Shown here in pieces: positions 47,910 to 57,177 of a stretch of DNA of 64,000 bases. The stretch comes from Nannocystis bainbridge (GTDB taxonomy: Bacteria > Myxococcota_A > Polyangia > Nannocystales > Nannocystaceae). Position 1 is the stretch's first letter. Each line of letters opens with the position of its first letter. The stretch spans positions 609,724-673,723 of the forward strand of contig NZ_JAQNDL010000002.1 in assembly GCF_028368995.1 (NCBI RefSeq), written 5' to 3'. Position numbers and translations under genes: made by a program. Under the pieces are notes generated by a model that searched no databases, had not been told where the DNA came from, and saw nothing but the letters and a program-made list of their open reading frames with translations.

Positions 47910-49393
47910 GGTTTTTTGCTCATGTTGATGATGACCTTCCGCGAGCCGGTATGGACCACGGGGCGCGGGTCGGCGAACTTGCGCACGCAGGCGACGCCGT
48001 CGCCGAACGGGCCGGCGCCCTCGTAGATGGGCTCGATGACGATGCGGCCGCTGCGGTCGATGAAGCCCCAGCGGTGATCGACGCGCACGGCGGCGAGGCC
48101 CTCGCTGAAGCTCTGGGCCAGGTCGAAGCGCGGGTCGATGACCATGCGGCCCTCGCGGTCGATGAAGCCCGTCTTGGCGCCGACGCCGACCGGGGCCAGG
48201 CCCTCGGCGAAGTTGCCGGCGCGGAGGAAGCGGTAGTCGATCACGGCGGTGCCGCTGCGATCGCTGTAGCCGTACTGGCCGCTGTCGCCGACGGCGGCGA
48301 GGCCGTCGTGAAAATCACCGGCGTCGGTGAAGCGCGGCTCGATGGCCCAGGCGCCGCTGGTGTCGATGAAGCCGAACAGGTCGTCCTGCTGGACGCAGGC
48401 GAGGCCCTCGCAGAACTCGCCGGCGTAGTCGAAGCCGGCGGGCACGACGACCTGGCCGGCGCGATCGATGTAGCCCCACGCGGGCACGCCCATGCGCGAC
48501 AGGGCGCGGAACGGGGCCCGGCCCTCGGCGAACCGGCCGAGCTGCGAGGCCTGCGGCGGGGCGGCGACGAACTCGCCGGCGCGGTCGCAGTAGCCGGTGT
48601 GATCGCCGAGCTGCACGCAGGCGAGGCCGTCGGCGAAGCTGGCGGCGGCGACGAAGCGGGCCGGGATGACGAGCTCGCCGCGGACGTCGATGAAGCCCCA
48701 GCCGCCGTCGAGCTTGACGGCGGCGAGGCCCTCGCTGAAGCCGAGCGTGAGCGCGTAGGCCGGGGCGAGCGCGACCTCGCCGTCCGGGCGGACGAAGCCG
48801 AAGCGGTCGCCGTCGCGGACCGGCAGCAGGCCGCTGGCGTGGGGCAGGGCGAACCGCAGCGCCGAGGCGGCCAGCACCTGGCCGCGCGGATCGATCAGCT
48901 GGAACGCGCCGGGCTCGCCGTGCGGGTTGACGTAAGGGAAGTCGATGTTGCGCAGCAGGGCGCCCATCAGCGCGTCGGCCGACTCGGACAGGTCGGCGCC
49001 GGACTCGACGCGGCTGGCGAGGCGGTCGAGCAGGGCGACGACCTCCTTCATGCCGATCGGCGCGTCGCCGAGGTAGGTGCCGAACTCGTGGCCGAGCCGC
49101 AAGGTGCAGCGCGACTTCTTCTTCGGCCCCTCGAGCACCTCGATCTCGTGCTGGTAGTCGGCCATGGCGTCGCCGTGCAGGCCGGTCGCGGCCTTGAAGC
49201 CGTACTGCGCGAGGCGGCCGAGGATGTCGCCGTAGACGTCGGGTGGCAGCTGGACCTCGCACTGCCGACCCTGCGAGCTCCACGTGGCCCGACCGTCGGG
49301 CTCGAGCGTCAGCGTGTCGACCTCGCTCGAGTGACGGGAGCCGACGCGATAGACGATCTGGGTCGCGCGGCTGAGGGTGCCGGTGGCGTTCAT
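47906..49393 (-). CDS. WG-repeat (KWG/Leptospira-type beta-propeller repeat) protein
   Basis: Many repeats of GxxGFIDxxGxxVIxPxFxxAxxFxEGLAxV. 4-nt overlap with rsgA. Confidence 0.7.
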   Translation of the reverse strand: MNATGTLSRATQIVYRVGSRHSSEVDTLTLEPDGRATWSSQGRQCEVQLPPDVYGDILGRLAQYGFKAATGLHGDAMADYQHEIEVLEGPKKKSRCTLRLGHEFGTYLGDAPIGMKEVVALLDRLASRVESGADLSESADALMGALLRNIDFPYVNPHGEPGAFQLIDPRGQVLAASALRFALPHASGLLPVRDGDRFGFVRPDGEVALAPAYALTLGFSEGLAAVKLDGGWGFIDVRGELVIPARFVAAASFADGLACVQLGDHTGYCDRAGEFVAAPPQASQLGRFAEGRAPFRALSRMGVPAWGYIDRAGQVVVPAGFDYAGEFCEGLACVQQDDLFGFIDTSGAWAIEPRFTDAGDFHDGLAAVGDSGQYGYSDRSGTAVIDYRFLRAGNFAEGLAPVGVGAKTGFIDREGRMVIDPRFDLAQSFSEGLAAVRVDHRWGFIDRSGRIVIEPIYEGAGPFGDGVACVRKFADPRPVVHTGSRKVIINMSKKP

Positions 49394-49478
49394 CTCGGGG
49401 GACCTCGGGGGGCCCGACTATAGCGCGGCGATCGGGCGCGGGAGGCCGCCGCGCCGGCGCTCGCGCCGACGCGCGCGC

Positions 49479-50132
49479 TCACGAGCCGGTCGCGGCCGGG
49501 TCGCCGTCGTCGCGGTCGAGGGCGCGGCGGATGCTGGCGGCCCAGCCCTCGAGGTCGGTGAGGGTGGCCTGGAGCTCGGCCGGCGAGCGGGCCAGCTCGG
49601 CGAGGCGGGCCCGCAGCTGGTCCTTGCCGAGCCGCAGGCGCCCGCGCACGGTGCCCTCGGGCACGCTGAGCAGCTCGCTGATCTCGCGCCCCGAGAGGCC
49701 CTCGAAGATGTTGAGCTCGAGCACGATTTGCTGGTCGAGCGGGATCTCTCGCAGCGCCAGCACCAGCAATTGGGCCTCGCGCCGGCGCATGACGATCGAG
49801 CTCATCGACGACGGCGACAGGTCCTTGACGCACAGCGCCCCGAAGTCGAGCGCCTCGCCCTGGCGCTTGTGCTTGGTGCGGATGTAGAGCCGGAGGACGT
49901 TGAGGGCGATGGCGAAGACGAACCGCTTGAAGCTGGTCTCGCCGCGGAAGCCGTCCTTCGCCTTGGTACACTCGAGGAAGGTCTGACTGACGAGGTCGGC
50001 GGCGTCGTGCTCGCTCGAGACCTTGTTGCGGAAGAAGCGGGCGATCGCGCCGAAGTGTCGCTTCACCAGCCGCTCCCCCGCGCCGCGGTCGCCGGCCCGC
50101 CAGGCCGAGAGCAGTTCCCAGTCGGGGTCCAT
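49479..50132 (-). CDS. ECF-type RNA polymerase sigma factor (sigma-70 regions 2 and 4)
   Basis: Region 2 (..DLVSQTFLECTKAKDGFRGETSFKRFVFAIALNVLRLYIR..) and region 4 HTH (..LSGREISELLSVPEGTVRGRL..). Confidence 0.75.
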   Translation of the reverse strand: MDPDWELLSAWRAGDRGAGERLVKRHFGAIARFFRNKVSSEHDAADLVSQTFLECTKAKDGFRGETSFKRFVFAIALNVLRLYIRTKHKRQGEALDFGALCVKDLSPSSMSSIVMRRREAQLLVLALREIPLDQQIVLELNIFEGLSGREISELLSVPEGTVRGRLRLGKDQLRARLAELARSPAELQATLTDLEGWAASIRRALDRDDGDPAATGS

Positions 50133-50206
50133 GGCGCCTCGATCTTACCTCGACCTGCGCCGCCCGCGGGGCCGCGTCGCCTGTTATCTTCTCCGCCCCT
50201 CCGACG

Positions 50207-53200
50207 ATGTCGACGCCGCCCGACACGCCGCCCGACACGAAGGCCGCCCGCGGTGCAGGTGCGGGCACGTGGGCCGACGTCGACGTCCATCGTCTCCATG
50301 CGCGCGTGATGGGCCGGCTGTTCGGCGAGCCGGCCGCGCCCACCATGATCGGCAGGTTCCATGTCGAGCGCCGGCTGGGGTCGGGGGCCATGGGCGTCGT
50401 CTATGCGGCCGTCGACGCCCAGCTCAATCGCCGGGTCGCCATCAAGCTGCTGCACCCGCACCTGCAGGGCGACGAGCAAGGCCGCGCTCGACTGCTGCGC
50501 GAGGCCCGGGCGATGGCCCGCCTCGAGCACGATCACGTGGTGCGGATCTACGAGGTCGGCGCGTGGGGCGACCAGATCTACATCGCCATGGAGCTGATCG
50601 AGGGGGTGACCCTCGACGCGTGGCTGCGCGAGCGCCCGCGGGCCTGGCAGGCGGTGCTGACGGTGTACCTGCAAGCGGGGCGGGCGCTGGCGGCGGCCCA
50701 CCACGCGGGGCTGCTGCACCGCGACTTCAAGCCCGAGAACGTGCTCGTCGACCACCGCGACCGCGCCCGCGTCCTCGACTTCGGGCTGACGTGCGCGCTC
50801 GATGCCGGCGAGGCGCTCGACGACGAGCTGATGCCGCTGACCCGCACCGGCAGCATCCTCGGCACGCCGGCGTACATGGCCCCCGAGCAGCAGCGCACCG
50901 GCAACGCGGAGCCGCGCTCCGACCAATTCAGCTTCTGCGTGGCGCTGTTCGAAGGTTTGTTCGGTCTGCGGCCGTTCGGCTCGGTTCCGCGCTTCGGTCA
51001 GGTCGAGATCGCGCCCATTCCGCGGGAAAGTCGCGTCCCTTTGCGCATCCGCCGCGCGATCTTTCGCGGCCTGTCCGAAAAGCCAGATGCGCGCTGGCCG
51101 GGCATGGACGACCTGCTGGCGGCCTTGCAGGCGCCGCGCCGGTTCGTCGGCGGGCCCGAGGACGGGCGGGCGCGGCCGTGGCTGCTGGCGGGCGGAGTGA
51201 CGCTCGCGGCCGCGGGGCTGGTGGCGCTCGGCGTGTCGCTGGCGCAGCCGGAGACGGGCGATGCGGTGGCGGAGGGGCCAGAGCCGGGGCCGCTCGCGAG
51301 CGCGCCCGACGAGGCGCAGGCCGACGCGCTGGCGACCGAGCGCGCGGCCGCCGAACGCCAGGCCCACGCGCTGCGGGTCCGCGACGCCGCGCTGTCGCTG
51401 CTGCCCCGCGATCCGACGACGGCGGCGCTGCTGCTGCGCGAGCTCGACGATCCCGGAGCGCTGGCCCAGCGGGTGCTGGCGGAGCCGATCAGCGCGGCGA
51501 TCCTGCGCGGCCACGACGGGCCGGTGGTGGCGGTGCGCTGGATCGAGGCTGTCCCGGGGGACAGGGGCGCGGTGCCGGGGGCGGCGAGCGAGGCTGTCCC
51601 GAGGGACAGGTCGCATGGCGCGCCGGCAGGGTCCGCGAGCGCGGCGGTGCTGGCGAGCGGTTCTGTCCGTGCGGGCAGCGGCGGGGCTGTCCTCCGGGAC
51701 AGGTCGGGCGGCGAGGCGGCGCTCCTTGGGAGCGGGTCGATGCCGCACGACATGGCTGTCCTCGGGGACAGGTCACGAGTGAGCGGTACGGCTGGCCTTT
51801 CGGACAGTTCACGCGCGCGTGAGCCGATCGAAAAGACTGTCCTTCGGGACATGTCGCGAGCGAGCGGAGCGGCGGTGCTGGCGAGCGGCGTCGGCTCACC
51901 TGTCCCGGGGGACAGTTTGGCGTCGCCTGTCCCGCAGGACAGCTCGAGAACACCGCCGGCGGAGCTGCGCGGCGCGGTCGAGACCGTCGACGCCTCCGGG
52001 CACGTGCGTCGGTTCGCGATCGCCGGCGGGCCGCCGACCCCCGGCGCGGGCAGCTTCGGCGCCGACCCGCGCCGCGGCCCTGCGGGCGAGGAGCTGCGGG
52101 TCGACGCTCGCGGCGGCGTGTCGCTGGTCGCCGGCGAGCGCGTGACGGCCCTGCGCGGCGTCGTCGGCCCGCTCGCGGCGGTCGCCTGGAGCCCCGACGG
52201 CCAGGAAATCGCCGCGGCCGGCCCGCGCGGCGAAGTGTGGCGGATCGCCGGGGGGCGCCCGATCGCCGTCGGCGAGCGCGGCGCGGCCGTCGGCGCGCTG
52301 GCGTGGGACCGCGGCGGGCGGCACCTCGCGATCGGCCGCGACGACGGCGGGGTCGAGGTGTGGCGTATCGACGGCGCGGCGCGGCGGATAGCGGCGGTGG
52401 TCGGCGACGGCGGCGTCACCGGCCTGGCTCTCGGGACAGGTTGGTTCGCCAGCGGCAGCGACGACGGCAGCGCGCGGGTGTGGCGGATCGGCGGGGTCGG
52501 GCGGCCCTTCGTGCTGCGTGGTCACACCGGGCCGGTTCGGGCGCTGGCGTTCGCGCCCGGCGGTGTCCGCCTGATCACCGGCAGCGACGACGGCAGCGCG
52601 CGGGTGTGGCGGCTCAGCCCGGCGGCGGTGCGCGAGCACGACCTCGGCGCGGTCGTGCACGCGCTCGCCTGGAGCCCCGACGGCACCGCGCTGGCGGCCG
52701 CCGGGGCGCGCAGCGTGTGGCTGCTGCCGACCGACGGCGGGCCGGTGCGCCGGCGCGACCACGCCGGCACCGCGCTGGCGCTGGCCTGGCGCGGCGACGG
52801 TCAGGAGCTGGCGGTCGCCGACGACGGCGGCGCGATCACGTGGATCCCCCGCGGCGAGGGCGAGCCGCGGCGGGCCAGCGTCGACCGCCGCCCGCTACCC
52901 GCGCTGGCCTGGGATCCTCGGTCCTCGCGCCTGGCCGCCGGCGGCAGCGACGGCGCGTTCTTCATCTGGCCTTCAGGACATGACTTCAAGGACATGGCCG
53001 ATCCGACCCGCGCGCCGCAGGGCCGCGGGGCCATCGCCGCGCTGGCCTGGTCGCCGGTCGACGATCGACTGGCGGCCGTCACCGCGTCCGGCTACGTGCT
53101 CGTGCGCACCGAGCAGACCGTGTTCATCGAGCTCGGCCAGCCGCTGCGCGGGCTGGCGTGGAGCCCCGCCGGCGACGCCCTGGCGATCGTCGGCGACAAT

Positions 53201-53623
53201 CGGGCGCTGGTGCGCATCGCCGCGGCCACTGGCGTGCGTACCGAGCTGGGGCGGGCCGCGGCGGCGCTGACGAGCGTCGCCTGGGACCCGCGCGATCGCT
53301 GGATCGTCGCCGGCGCGGCCGACGGCGGGCTGCTCCACTGGTCGCTGCAGAGCGAGGGCGGGCCCGAGCTGCTCGTGGGCCACGGCGGCGGCATTCATGC
53401 CCTGGCGTTCGACACCGCCGGTGACCGCTTCGCCTCGGCGGGCGGCGACGGCCGCGTCGTCGTCTGGCCGCGCCCGGGCGAGGGCCTGCGCGCGCGCATC
53501 GCCGACGCCACGCGCGCCTGCCTGCAGCCTGCGGATCGCCGGCGTCATCTCGGTGAATCGCAGGACATCGCCGACGCAGGAGCCGCGGCTTGCGAGCGAT
53601 CATTTGGTAATGTGGATTACTAA
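50207..53623 (+). CDS. Serine/threonine protein kinase with disordered repeat linker and C-terminal WD40 beta-propeller
   Basis: Hanks kinase subdomains (GSGAMGVVY, AIK, HRDFKPEN, DFG, APE), then a linker encoded by REP-like repeats (51545-51950), then WD40 repeats (GHDGPVVAVRW, GHTGPVRALAF ... GSDDGSARVWR). Confidence 0.8.
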   Translation: MSTPPDTPPDTKAARGAGAGTWADVDVHRLHARVMGRLFGEPAAPTMIGRFHVERRLGSGAMGVVYAAVDAQLNRRVAIKLLHPHLQGDEQGRARLLREARAMARLEHDHVVRIYEVGAWGDQIYIAMELIEGVTLDAWLRERPRAWQAVLTVYLQAGRALAAAHHAGLLHRDFKPENVLVDHRDRARVLDFGLTCALDAGEALDDELMPLTRTGSILGTPAYMAPEQQRTGNAEPRSDQFSFCVALFEGLFGLRPFGSVPRFGQVEIAPIPRESRVPLRIRRAIFRGLSEKPDARWPGMDDLLAALQAPRRFVGGPEDGRARPWLLAGGVTLAAAGLVALGVSLAQPETGDAVAEGPEPGPLASAPDEAQADALATERAAAERQAHALRVRDAALSLLPRDPTTAALLLRELDDPGALAQRVLAEPISAAILRGHDGPVVAVRWIEAVPGDRGAVPGAASEAVPRDRSHGAPAGSASAAVLASGSVRAGSGGAVLRDRSGGEAALLGSGSMPHDMAVLGDRSRVSGTAGLSDSSRAREPIEKTVLRDMSRASGAAVLASGVGSPVPGDSLASPVPQDSSRTPPAELRGAVETVDASGHVRRFAIAGGPPTPGAGSFGADPRRGPAGEELRVDARGGVSLVAGERVTALRGVVGPLAAVAWSPDGQEIAAAGPRGEVWRIAGGRPIAVGERGAAVGALAWDRGGRHLAIGRDDGGVEVWRIDGAARRIAAVVGDGGVTGLALGTGWFASGSDDGSARVWRIGGVGRPFVLRGHTGPVRALAFAPGGVRLITGSDDGSARVWRLSPAAVREHDLGAVVHALAWSPDGTALAAAGARSVWLLPTDGGPVRRRDHAGTALALAWRGDGQELAVADDGGAITWIPRGEGEPRRASVDRRPLPALAWDPRSSRLAAGGSDGAFFIWPSGHDFKDMADPTRAPQGRGAIAALAWSPVDDRLAAVTASGYVLVRTEQTVFIELGQPLRGLAWSPAGDALAIVGDNRALVRIAAATGVRTELGRAAAALTSVAWDPRDRWIVAGAADGGLLHWSLQSEGGPELLVGHGGGIHALAFDTAGDRFASAGGDGRVVVWPRPGEGLRARIADATRACLQPADRRRHLGESQDIADAGAAACERSFGNVDY

Positions 53624-53944
53624 ATGATCGAATGAGGCTCACCGCGAGCCGCAATGCGCATAGGCGATCGCATGGCGGCCCGCGGCCCCCAGGTCCGGCC
53701 TCGACCGGGGCAGCCGCGCGCGGTCGGCGGCAAACCGCTGGTCATACATCTGTTACGACGCTTTCGAGAATTTTTTGTCGGTGACGGTGATCGATCGGGC
53801 GGGCCTCGTTACTCGAGGGACAGGTCGGGTCTCGCGGTCGTCGCGGTGATCCCGCCCATGCGCCACGGATGGTGCTCTGCCACGGAGGCTGTCTCTCAGG
53901 CCAGGATGGCCACATCTATTCCTCGCGGTCCGTCAGGCCGTCGC

Positions 53945-53964
53945 CAGCCTTGCATGTGCATGCA
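53945..53964. promoter_or_regulatory. 20-bp palindrome CCTTGCATG-TG-CATGCAAGG about 70 bp upstream of gene 54035 (operator candidate)
   Basis: Perfect 9-bp inverted arms with CATG cores in a 410-bp intergenic region that also carries an AT-rich patch (gaattttttgtcg). Confidence 0.35.
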
Positions 53965-54034
53965 AGGCCGGCCTGTTGGACAGCATCGTCGCCGCGCGTC
54001 GCGCTTCGCGGCCGCGGCCCTCTAAGGAGAGCAC

Positions 54035-55027
54035 ATGTCGACAGTACGATCGCAGGGGCGCCGTTCGCTCCTGAAGGTGGGGATCGCATTGTCCCTGGTG
54101 GTTCCGGCGCCCGCGTGGGCCGCCCAGCCTGGGGAATCCTCGAGCGGATGGAAGACTGAATCGGCCGCGTCGGCGGACGGCGACACCGTCGTCCTCGACG
54201 ACTCGCCCGAGCCGGCCAAGCGCAGCAAGAGCAGCGGCAAGAAGAAGGCCCCCAAGGCCCAGCCGCGCGAGGCGATGATCAAGGCTCAGGTCGAAAAGGC
54301 CGAAGCCGAGCGCGCGCCGCTGCAAGATCAGGCGCAGCAGCTGTCCGACGCCGGCAACCTCGAGGGGGCCGTCGGCCTGCTCGCGGGCGGCGCCGAGGCG
54401 CTGCGCGATCCGGTGCTGCACCTCGCGGCCGCCGACGCCCGGCAGAAGCTCGCGCGCAAGCGCAGCGCCGATCAGGCCAAGGCCGAGTGGGAGGCCAGCC
54501 TGCGCCACATCGACCGCGCCGACGCGCTGCTCGCCGCCAACAGCGGCGGGGCCGTCGACGGCCTGCGCGTCAACCCGGACGACCTCGAGACCATGCACGC
54601 GTGGAGCGTCGAGCTGCGCGGCGCCGCCGATGGCGCGCTGCCGGACCTCGTGCGGCGCACCAACCCGGTCCGTCGCAACGCCCGCGGCGAGCTGATCGCC
54701 GGCTCGATCTTCCTCGCCGGCGGCCTCGCGGCGCTCGGCGTCATGGGCGGCGGCATCTACCTCAGCAAGTCGGCCGACCGCGAGCTGCCCAAGGCCGATG
54801 GCAACCCCGAGTACCTCGCCCCGCTCGAGGCGCAGAAGAAGCAGGGCGACACCATGATCGCCGCGGGCGCGGTCGCGGGCGTCCTCGGCGTCGCGCTCGG
54901 CGTCACTCTGGTGGCGCTCGGCGCCACCGACTTCAAGAAGGCGCGCCAGGAGCAATTGGCGCGCCTCCGCGTCGCGCCCGCCGTCTCGCCGACGTTCGGC
55001 GGCCTGTTCCTGTCCGCTCGCTTCTGA
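54035..55027 (+). CDS. Secreted/membrane-anchored hypothetical protein
   Basis: Signal peptide (SLLKVGIALSLVVPAPAWAAQP), Lys-rich segment, C-terminal TM helices. Confidence 0.45.
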   Translation: MSTVRSQGRRSLLKVGIALSLVVPAPAWAAQPGESSSGWKTESAASADGDTVVLDDSPEPAKRSKSSGKKKAPKAQPREAMIKAQVEKAEAERAPLQDQAQQLSDAGNLEGAVGLLAGGAEALRDPVLHLAAADARQKLARKRSADQAKAEWEASLRHIDRADALLAANSGGAVDGLRVNPDDLETMHAWSVELRGAADGALPDLVRRTNPVRRNARGELIAGSIFLAGGLAALGVMGGGIYLSKSADRELPKADGNPEYLAPLEAQKKQGDTMIAAGAVAGVLGVALGVTLVALGATDFKKARQEQLARLRVAPAVSPTFGGLFLSARF

Positions 55028-55121
55028 CCCCCCGGCCTGAGGGCCGCGATCGTCGCCCTGGCCCGGGCCCCGCGATCCCCACCTGTCCTACGGGCCACTT
55101 CTTTCAGGAGCACCTACGACC

Positions 55122-56963
55122 ATGTCTCAGCGATTCTCTTCATCGATCCCGCTCGTCACCGCCGCCGCGCTCGCGCTGCTGGCCGGCGGCGCTTGCAAGA
55201 CCGTCGTCCTGCCCGGCAACGACAGCGGCGACGAGACCGAGGGCACCAGCGGCGGCACCAGTGCGGGCGGCACCGAGGGCGGCAGCAGCACCGGCAACGA
55301 CGGCGAGCAGGGCACGGCCAACTGCGGCGAGCTGTCGGCGCAGACCGTCAACATCCTCGACAAGAACTGCAAGCAGTGTCACGGGGCCGACAGCGCGGCG
55401 CTCGGCAGCATCAACTACATCACCAACCTCGACGCGCTGATCTCGAACGGCAAGGTCGTGCCGGGCGAGCCGAACAACTCGGCGATCTACCGCCGCATGG
55501 CCGCCACCATGGCGCCGATGCCCCCCGAGGGTCAGGAGCCGCGGCCGACCGAGGACGACATCCGCGCGGTCGAGCAGTGGATCGGCGAGTGTGCCGGCGT
55601 GACCGGGTGTGACGCGAACCCGTGGATGACGCGCACGCAGGTGATCGACCTGATCCGCAACGACCTCCTCAACACGCAGGAGATCTCGGCGGACGCGCGG
55701 CCCTTCATCCGCTACTTCAGCCTGGTCCACCTCTACAACTACGGCTGGTGCGACGACCAGATCGAGGTCTACCGCCACGCGCTGTCGAAGCTGGCCAACA
55801 GCCTGTCGAACGAGATCAAGGTCGTGGCGCCGGTCCCGATCGACAAGGACAAGCTGGTCTTCCGCATCGACATCCGCGACTACGACTGGGACGCGCCGGG
55901 CCGCGTGCTCGACCCGGTGTCGAACACCTTCGTCGAGGAGTTCCGCGACACCTGGGAGCTCATCGCCAACAAGGACCCGTACGCGATCGAGTTCATCGGC
56001 GACAGCGCCGAGGACGTGAAGCAGGCCACCAACACCAGCTTCTTCCTGCTGCAGGCCGACGCGTTCGTCGAGGTGTCGGCCCAGCCGCCGCTCTACCACG
56101 ACATCCTGCGCATCCCGGCGACCCGCTTCGAGCTCGAGCAGAGCTTCGGCATCGACGTCGACGCCAACGTCACCGAGGAGGTCGAGACCAACCCGAACCG
56201 GGTCGCGCGCGCCGCGTTCCACGAGTCGGGCGTGTCCGAGAACCACCGCGTGATCGAGCGTCACGACTTCCCGAACGCCAGCAACCGCGTCTACTGGATC
56301 AGCTACGACTTCCAGAGCAACGCCGGCGACGCCAACGTGTTCGTCGACCCGTTCAACTTCGTCGAGGACGGCAGCGAGATCATCTACAGCCTGCCGAACG
56401 GCCTCCAGGGCTACATGATCGTCGATGCCGTCGGCTTCCGCATCGACGACGCGCCGATCCAGATCGTGCAGGACAAGAACGCTCCGGACGGGGTGGTCCG
56501 CAACGGCAAGTCGTGCATGGGCTGCCACAGCGTCGGCATGATCAACAAGGAGGACGACCTGCGCTGGGAGGTCGACGCGAACCTCGGCGAGGGCGACTTC
56601 GACGACAACGAGCTCGACGCCATCCGCGCCCTGTATCCGCAGCGCGACGACTACAACGGCCTGCTCGCGCTCGACGCCGACCGCTTCAACCTCGCGGTCA
56701 AGGCCGCGGGCGTCCCGATCGGCGGCGACAAGGAGCCGATCGTCACCGCGTTCAACGCCTTCGACGAGGACGTCGAGATCCGCCGCGCCGCCGCCGAGCT
56801 GTGGACCACCGAGACGACCCTGCGCGAGAAGCTCGGGCAGCTGAGCCCAGATCTCGACGATCTCGGCAAGAGCCAGACCGGCGTCCGCCGCGACGTGTTC
56901 ACCGCCGCCTACGCCGACGCCGTCTGCCAGCTCAAGGTCGGTATCACCAAGGCCTGCAAGTAA
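55122..56963 (+). CDS. Secreted c-type cytochrome-like lipoprotein (two CxxCH motifs)
   Basis: Signal peptide plus Cys (LAGGAC), Thr/Gly/Ser linker, CKQCHG and CMGCHS haem-binding motifs. Confidence 0.55.
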   Translation: MSQRFSSSIPLVTAAALALLAGGACKTVVLPGNDSGDETEGTSGGTSAGGTEGGSSTGNDGEQGTANCGELSAQTVNILDKNCKQCHGADSAALGSINYITNLDALISNGKVVPGEPNNSAIYRRMAATMAPMPPEGQEPRPTEDDIRAVEQWIGECAGVTGCDANPWMTRTQVIDLIRNDLLNTQEISADARPFIRYFSLVHLYNYGWCDDQIEVYRHALSKLANSLSNEIKVVAPVPIDKDKLVFRIDIRDYDWDAPGRVLDPVSNTFVEEFRDTWELIANKDPYAIEFIGDSAEDVKQATNTSFFLLQADAFVEVSAQPPLYHDILRIPATRFELEQSFGIDVDANVTEEVETNPNRVARAAFHESGVSENHRVIERHDFPNASNRVYWISYDFQSNAGDANVFVDPFNFVEDGSEIIYSLPNGLQGYMIVDAVGFRIDDAPIQIVQDKNAPDGVVRNGKSCMGCHSVGMINKEDDLRWEVDANLGEGDFDDNELDAIRALYPQRDDYNGLLALDADRFNLAVKAAGVPIGGDKEPIVTAFNAFDEDVEIRRAAAELWTTETTLREKLGQLSPDLDDLGKSQTGVRRDVFTAAYADAVCQLKVGITKACK

Positions 56964-57177
56964 TCCTCACCCACCAGACCGCCCGGGCAGATCTGGCGAC
57001 CTGCCCGGGCGGTCGTCTGTCTTGCGTTCGACCTGTCTGAAAAGACATCTTGCGCGCGGCCGCGGCGGCGCGGTCCCCGGGCCGCGCGTGGCCCGGCGCA
57101 CGGCGGAGTGGGGCATGCGCGCCCGTGCGCGATAGCGTCCTCGATCGAGGGCCATAGGTCGTGTACCGTGGTCGGCG

